This document shows, piece after piece, positions 56,501 to 64,000 of a stretch of 64,000 bases of DNA. Each line of letters begins with the position of its first letter. The stretch's first letter is position 1. The stretch spans positions 248,001-312,000 of the forward strand of contig QPMI01000514.1 of NCBI GenBank assembly GCA_004431415.1, in the 5' to 3' direction. A model generated the notes under the pieces. That model searched no databases. It saw only the letters and a list, made by a program, of their open reading frames with translations, and had not been told where the DNA came from. The translations under genes were made by a program, and so were the position numbers. The DNA is from Cyanophora paradoxa CCMP329 (Eukaryota; Plantae; Glaucophyta).

Positions 56501-59500
56501 TCAGCGGTCGAGCAGGTGCATCTAAGATGTATGGGAAGAACGATATAGACGTTAATGGTCCTCAACTTTATGAGCCATCGCTCTAAAATCTAGTTCTAAC
56601 GTTTATGCCAAGTCCACATCTAATATAAATCGCACCTGCTGGCGCCGCCAGCGCCGTCCTCGCCCCCCGCGGGAACCGGCGCGTCGTCGTCGCCTCCGCC
56701 GAACCTGGGGGCCCCGGCCCCGGCCGGCCGGCGGCATCGGACGAGGGCGCGCCCATGGCGAGGCGAGGGCGCCGGGGGAGACGCTGGGCGCACTCGAGGA
56801 GGCGGTGAAGCGTGGTGGCGCCGCCCGCGCACACCTGCCGCCCCCCTCGCATCGCGCCGGGCGCTGGCCGCGCGCCCGCCCCGCCTCGGGCGCCGGCAAC
56901 GGTACCTCGGAGAGGCGGAGGGCGGCGCGGCCGGTGGGGGCGGCGGCGGCAACGGAGAGGCCCATGTCCCGCCAGAGCGCCACCACCGCCCGCGTCGTGT
57001 ACGTCTGAGGCGTGCCGTGAGGCGAGGCGTGCCGAACGCAGAGGCTACGGCCGACGACCGGCTAGATCTAGAAACAGAAACAGAAACCGCGCGGGGAGGG
57101 CGGGGCGGACCTTGCCGCAACCGGGGCCGCCCGTCAGCAGCAGCACGCCCTCCCGCGCCGCCTAACAAGAGGACGATCAGGCGGAGCGCGGGCGAGCTCG
57201 AAGGGGCCGCCCGGCCGTGGACGTGCCCTTCTGACGGCGTCGCGCTGCTCGTCGGAAAGGGGGCCCGCCCCGTCCCGCTCGTACCCCTCCAGCCACGCCT
57301 CCACCTGCGGGCCCGGGGCGGCTGAGGCCAAAGCAAGCCCAGCTCGAGTTGGAGCGCTGGGCGCACGCGCTCTGGGGGCCAGGCGGAGCTCGAGGAGCTC
57401 GAGGCGTCGAAGGAGCGCTGGAGCTCGGCCAGCCTCACAGCCACCGCCCGCTGCCCGGCGAAGCCGCCGTTGCGCGTCGATTTGGCCAGGGGGGCGGCGA
57501 AGCGCGCCGAGGGCCAGGGGGGCAGAGGAGGCGCCGCGGGCGCCGCGGGGCGCACTTCAGTGAGGAACGTCGGCCGCAGGTGTACCCGCACGTCCTCCGC
57601 CTCCCCGGGCCCCTGCACACACGAAGCGAGCCGCCCGGTTTAAACTTAGAAGTTGCCATTGAAAGCACTAGCGTCCCCGCTGCGATTCGAACCGCGACGT
57701 TTTCGAGGACAAGGTCCCCCGCGGCCTCCAGCTCCAGAACTTCCCTGCGCGGACTCGAGCCCGGAGCGGCCCGGCGCAGGGCGCGGGCCCTCGCCTGCGG
57801 ATGGAATCCTCGTCCGGGAAGAAGGGGGCGGCCGCCCCGCCCTCCTCCTCGGCCCCCGCCTCCTCCCCCCCGTCCTCCTCGTCGTCTTCCTCCTCCTTCT
57901 CCGCGTGAAGGACCTCCTCCTGTACCCCCCGAGTTCACGCCAGGCCCGAAGGGGGGTACAGCGGAGAGGCGCACGGCGGCGGCGACGAGTCGGGGGAGGG
58001 GCAGGTGGCAGTGCCCGCCCGTCTCCTCCGCCTGCGGGCGGGCGGCGTCGGCCTGGACGAGAGGGGCGGGGGGAGGGGGCGGGGGGGTACGGGGACCTTC
58101 CAGAGGGCGTGCTTGATCGCGGCGCGGTAGCGGTGGGGAGAGGAGAGGGGCACGCCGAGCGCCCGGGCGATCTTGTCGGCGGCCTTGAAGCCCACCCCCC
58201 GCACCTCCTCCGCCAGCCTGCCGTCACATCAGATCAGATTCGATCTGATCTGATCTGAACTACCGGTACGGGTTCTGCCGGATCTGAGCGATGGCGGTGC
58301 GGGGCGCGAGCTTCTTGCGCTCGCACGCCCGCTGCACCCGCGCCGCCCCATTGGGTCCCAGGCCAAGCCCCTGCGCCGGTCGGACCGGGGATCAGAGCCC
58401 CTGAACGGGCGGCGGCGCTCGGCGGAGAGGGCGGGGGGTACGAGGAGGAAGAGGAGGAGCTCGCGGCCGCCCTGGCCGGCGCGCCAGCCCTCCAGGATCG
58501 CCGCCGCCCGCCGCTCCCCGATCCCCGGCACCTGCCCCCGCCCCACCCCGTCAGCCCCCGTCCCGTCGCGTCCCGGCTGGAAAACGGTTGAGACGCTCAG
58601 TTAAGAGAGGAGGCGGCTTTCGGATGGACGCTCATGTGAGCGGGAGGGTAGGCCGGGGGCAGCGTCAGAGGCGGCTCGGGGGTGCAAGCGGAAGGCTTCG
58701 CGGGAGAGGGGAGGGGCTCAGATGGAGGCGGAGGCGTGGGGCGGACCCGCATGAGGGCGGCGGCGTCGCCCTCGTCGAGGGCGCGGCGGAGGCCCGCCTC
58801 GCCCAGCCGCCCGACCAGCCGCCCAGCGATCTCCGCGCCGGCACCTGCACACCGGGCTCAGGGGGAAGGCGGGCCGAGGGGGCGAGGAGCTTAGCCCGCT
58901 TAGATTGGCCCGCCCCTGCCCAGCTAGCTTGGGGGGGGGGGGGGGGGTATGGCACCGGTCACGGCGGCCGCGATGTACCTCTGGAGGCCCGCGGCGTCCC
59001 CGGGCGGCGCCTGCACGGGGGGGTACGAGTCATATCGAGACGACGCCGTGGCCCCCCGGGCCCCGGCCCCTCTAGGGGTACGGTCACCTCCGCCTGGTCA
59101 ACGTCCCACTCGGTCACCTGCGCGGATGGCAGAAAGAATTGAGGAAGGGGTTCGGGGGCGGCGGGGGGGTACGGGGACCTTGAAAGCCCTGCCGTACTTC
59201 GTCTGATGCTCCCAGGTCCCGTAAATCTTCATCGGCTCCCCCTTGCGCAGCTTCAAAAAGGTCCCGATGACCTGCCCGGTGTTTCTGCGGCTCAGCTGTC
59301 GCGTTAACGTTCTCGGGGCGCGCGCGGGCGGCCGGGGTGCGCCTTCTCCCAGCGCCCGGGGCGGTCGAGGGAGGGCGTCGAGCTCCGGGAGACGCTCAGC
59401 AGGAGCACGGTGAAGCCTGCGCGCGGGATCAGCGATAAGCTCTCTCGGGCCGGAGCGCTGGCGCGCGTCTGAAAGCGCTATAGCTATCCTCCGGGAACGG

Positions 59501-59826
59501 CGCGGGACGGCGCGGGACGCCGCACCCGACACTTCGTTAGCGTACAGAATTTTGGCAACCTTCCCCTCAAGCCAGTCCCTCGCGCCCTTGGCATCGCCCG
59601 CTACAGCTGCGCCCGACGACGCCGCGGCCGCGGCCAGGCTGCGTGTATGCCACCGAAACGGACAGGCTAGCGCCTTCCACGCTATCTGTGGACAGCGTGC
59701 GCTCGCGCGCTGGATCTGCAGGCCGACCGCCGGGTGCCGGGGTGCCGGGGCGAGCGCAGGCCGCTTATGCTGAGCCACCATGCACGCTCCACTGCTTCGG
59801 ATGAAGCGCAGCGCTCCCGGCCGCAT
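53591..59826 (-). CDS. recD2: RecD2-like SF1B DNA helicase, multi-exon, with probable organellar targeting peptide
   Basis: GTWEHQTKYG; HhH motifs VPGIGERRA and VRGVGFKAADKIA; LSDEQRDAV; TGGPGCGKT; AAPTGRAA; TLHRLLE; VGDVDQLP|SVGPG; IFRQAERSRIVTNAH; FRVGDRVIQ; VFNGEVG; AISIH|KSQGSEY; RNLFYTALTRAR. Confidence 0.9.
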
Positions 59827-59910
59827 CGGAACGAGCAAGAACAACAGTAAGGGGGGGCCAACCGGCCGGGGGTACTAGTTCGTTCGATTTATCCACCGCG
59901 CAAAGCAGTC

Positions 59911-63210
<3,300 letters not shown>

Positions 63211-64000
63211 GCGCCCGTCTGGCACAGCGTAGGCAGACTAGGCAGGCTCCCTCCCTCTTGTTTCAAGCAGAACCCATTCTCGATCGCATGAGGCCCTAGG
63301 GCGGTGTCCAAGCTCATGGTCTCGGTCTCGCTGCCCAGGCGGCTGAAGGTCGAGAGCAGGCGCGCGGTGCTGCAGTGCTGCAAGCACCAAACCCTTGTCC
63401 TCCCCCAGGCCCTCGCCCCGTCTAGATCTCCTCCTGCGCCGGGCGCCTCTGTGATCTGCCCGCCTCCAGCTCAGCTCCCCCCGCCTCGAGCACCCGTCTC
63501 TGCCCCGCCGGGCGCCGGCGCCGGCCTTCAAGTACTAGTACTAGTTCAGACACCGGCCCACCCCCCCTCGGGCCCCTCCGCACGGTGCCGTCGCGATCGG
63601 AAAAGGCCTCCGAAATTCGAAAAGGCACTAGAGAGTACTCAGTACTACCCCGGTATTAACTGTCGGACCTTTTTTTTTCAACTGTCAGAGACTCCGACAG
63701 ACTCGTAATTTAGACGAATTTTAGAGTCGTAAGCGTACGAGTTAACGGTACACCGGTACCTGACACCTATACTGTGACTCTGTGAGGCTATACTGTCTGA
63801 GCTTATACATGTGCATGTCAGCAAAGACTTGAATATATGCATATACATGTATAGCAAAGAAAAGATCGAAAAAATATTTTTTTAATAAAAAGTGATCTCA
63901 ATTTTATCAGGTATGATACATATATATTTACATAAAGAATACATAAATAGAACAGTTTGAAAGTTTTCGAAATACATTTTACATTTACGGGAAAATACAT

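Noticed and set aside
63240-64000. Possible minus-strand exon fragment and AT-rich element at the window end
   Set aside because: No recognisable motif, and the sequence is cut by the window edge.

Overview
Eukaryotic, very GC-rich nuclear DNA with many short introns. The six-frame ORF track is mostly noise, so genes were rebuilt by hand-splicing. A Phe-containing plastid transit peptide on Cpn60 and a Cys-Cys phytochrome point to a glaucophyte alga such as Cyanophora (inference). The left 40 kb holds three divergent phytochrome genes. PhyX1 (+, 1-6985, 5' end outside the window) is GAF-PHY-PAS-histidine kinase-receiver with intact catalytic residues. PhyX2 (-, 16191-20244) is a complete PAS-GAF-PHY sensor with PASDIP, a Cys-Cys bilin site, PRxSF, an N-terminal MGCGPS acylation motif and no output module. 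PhyX3 (+, 32944-39388) has the full architecture but lacks the bilin Cys, the DIP Asp, the phospho-His and one receiver acidic residue, and lies head-to-head with PhyX2. Mobile DNA: a young Ty3/Gypsy element in the last codons of PhyX2; three copies of an L1/Tx1-like LINE, two forming a 2.8-kb-arm inverted repeat between PhyX2 and PhyX3; two TSD-flanked poly(A) retroposons; a pogo-like MITE. The right part encodes NADPH-cytochrome P450 reductase, a protein with six divergent AP2-like repeats, a RecD2-like helicase and a plastid Cpn60. Exon boundaries were read by eye, and several 1-nt homopolymer frameshifts may be assembly errors.
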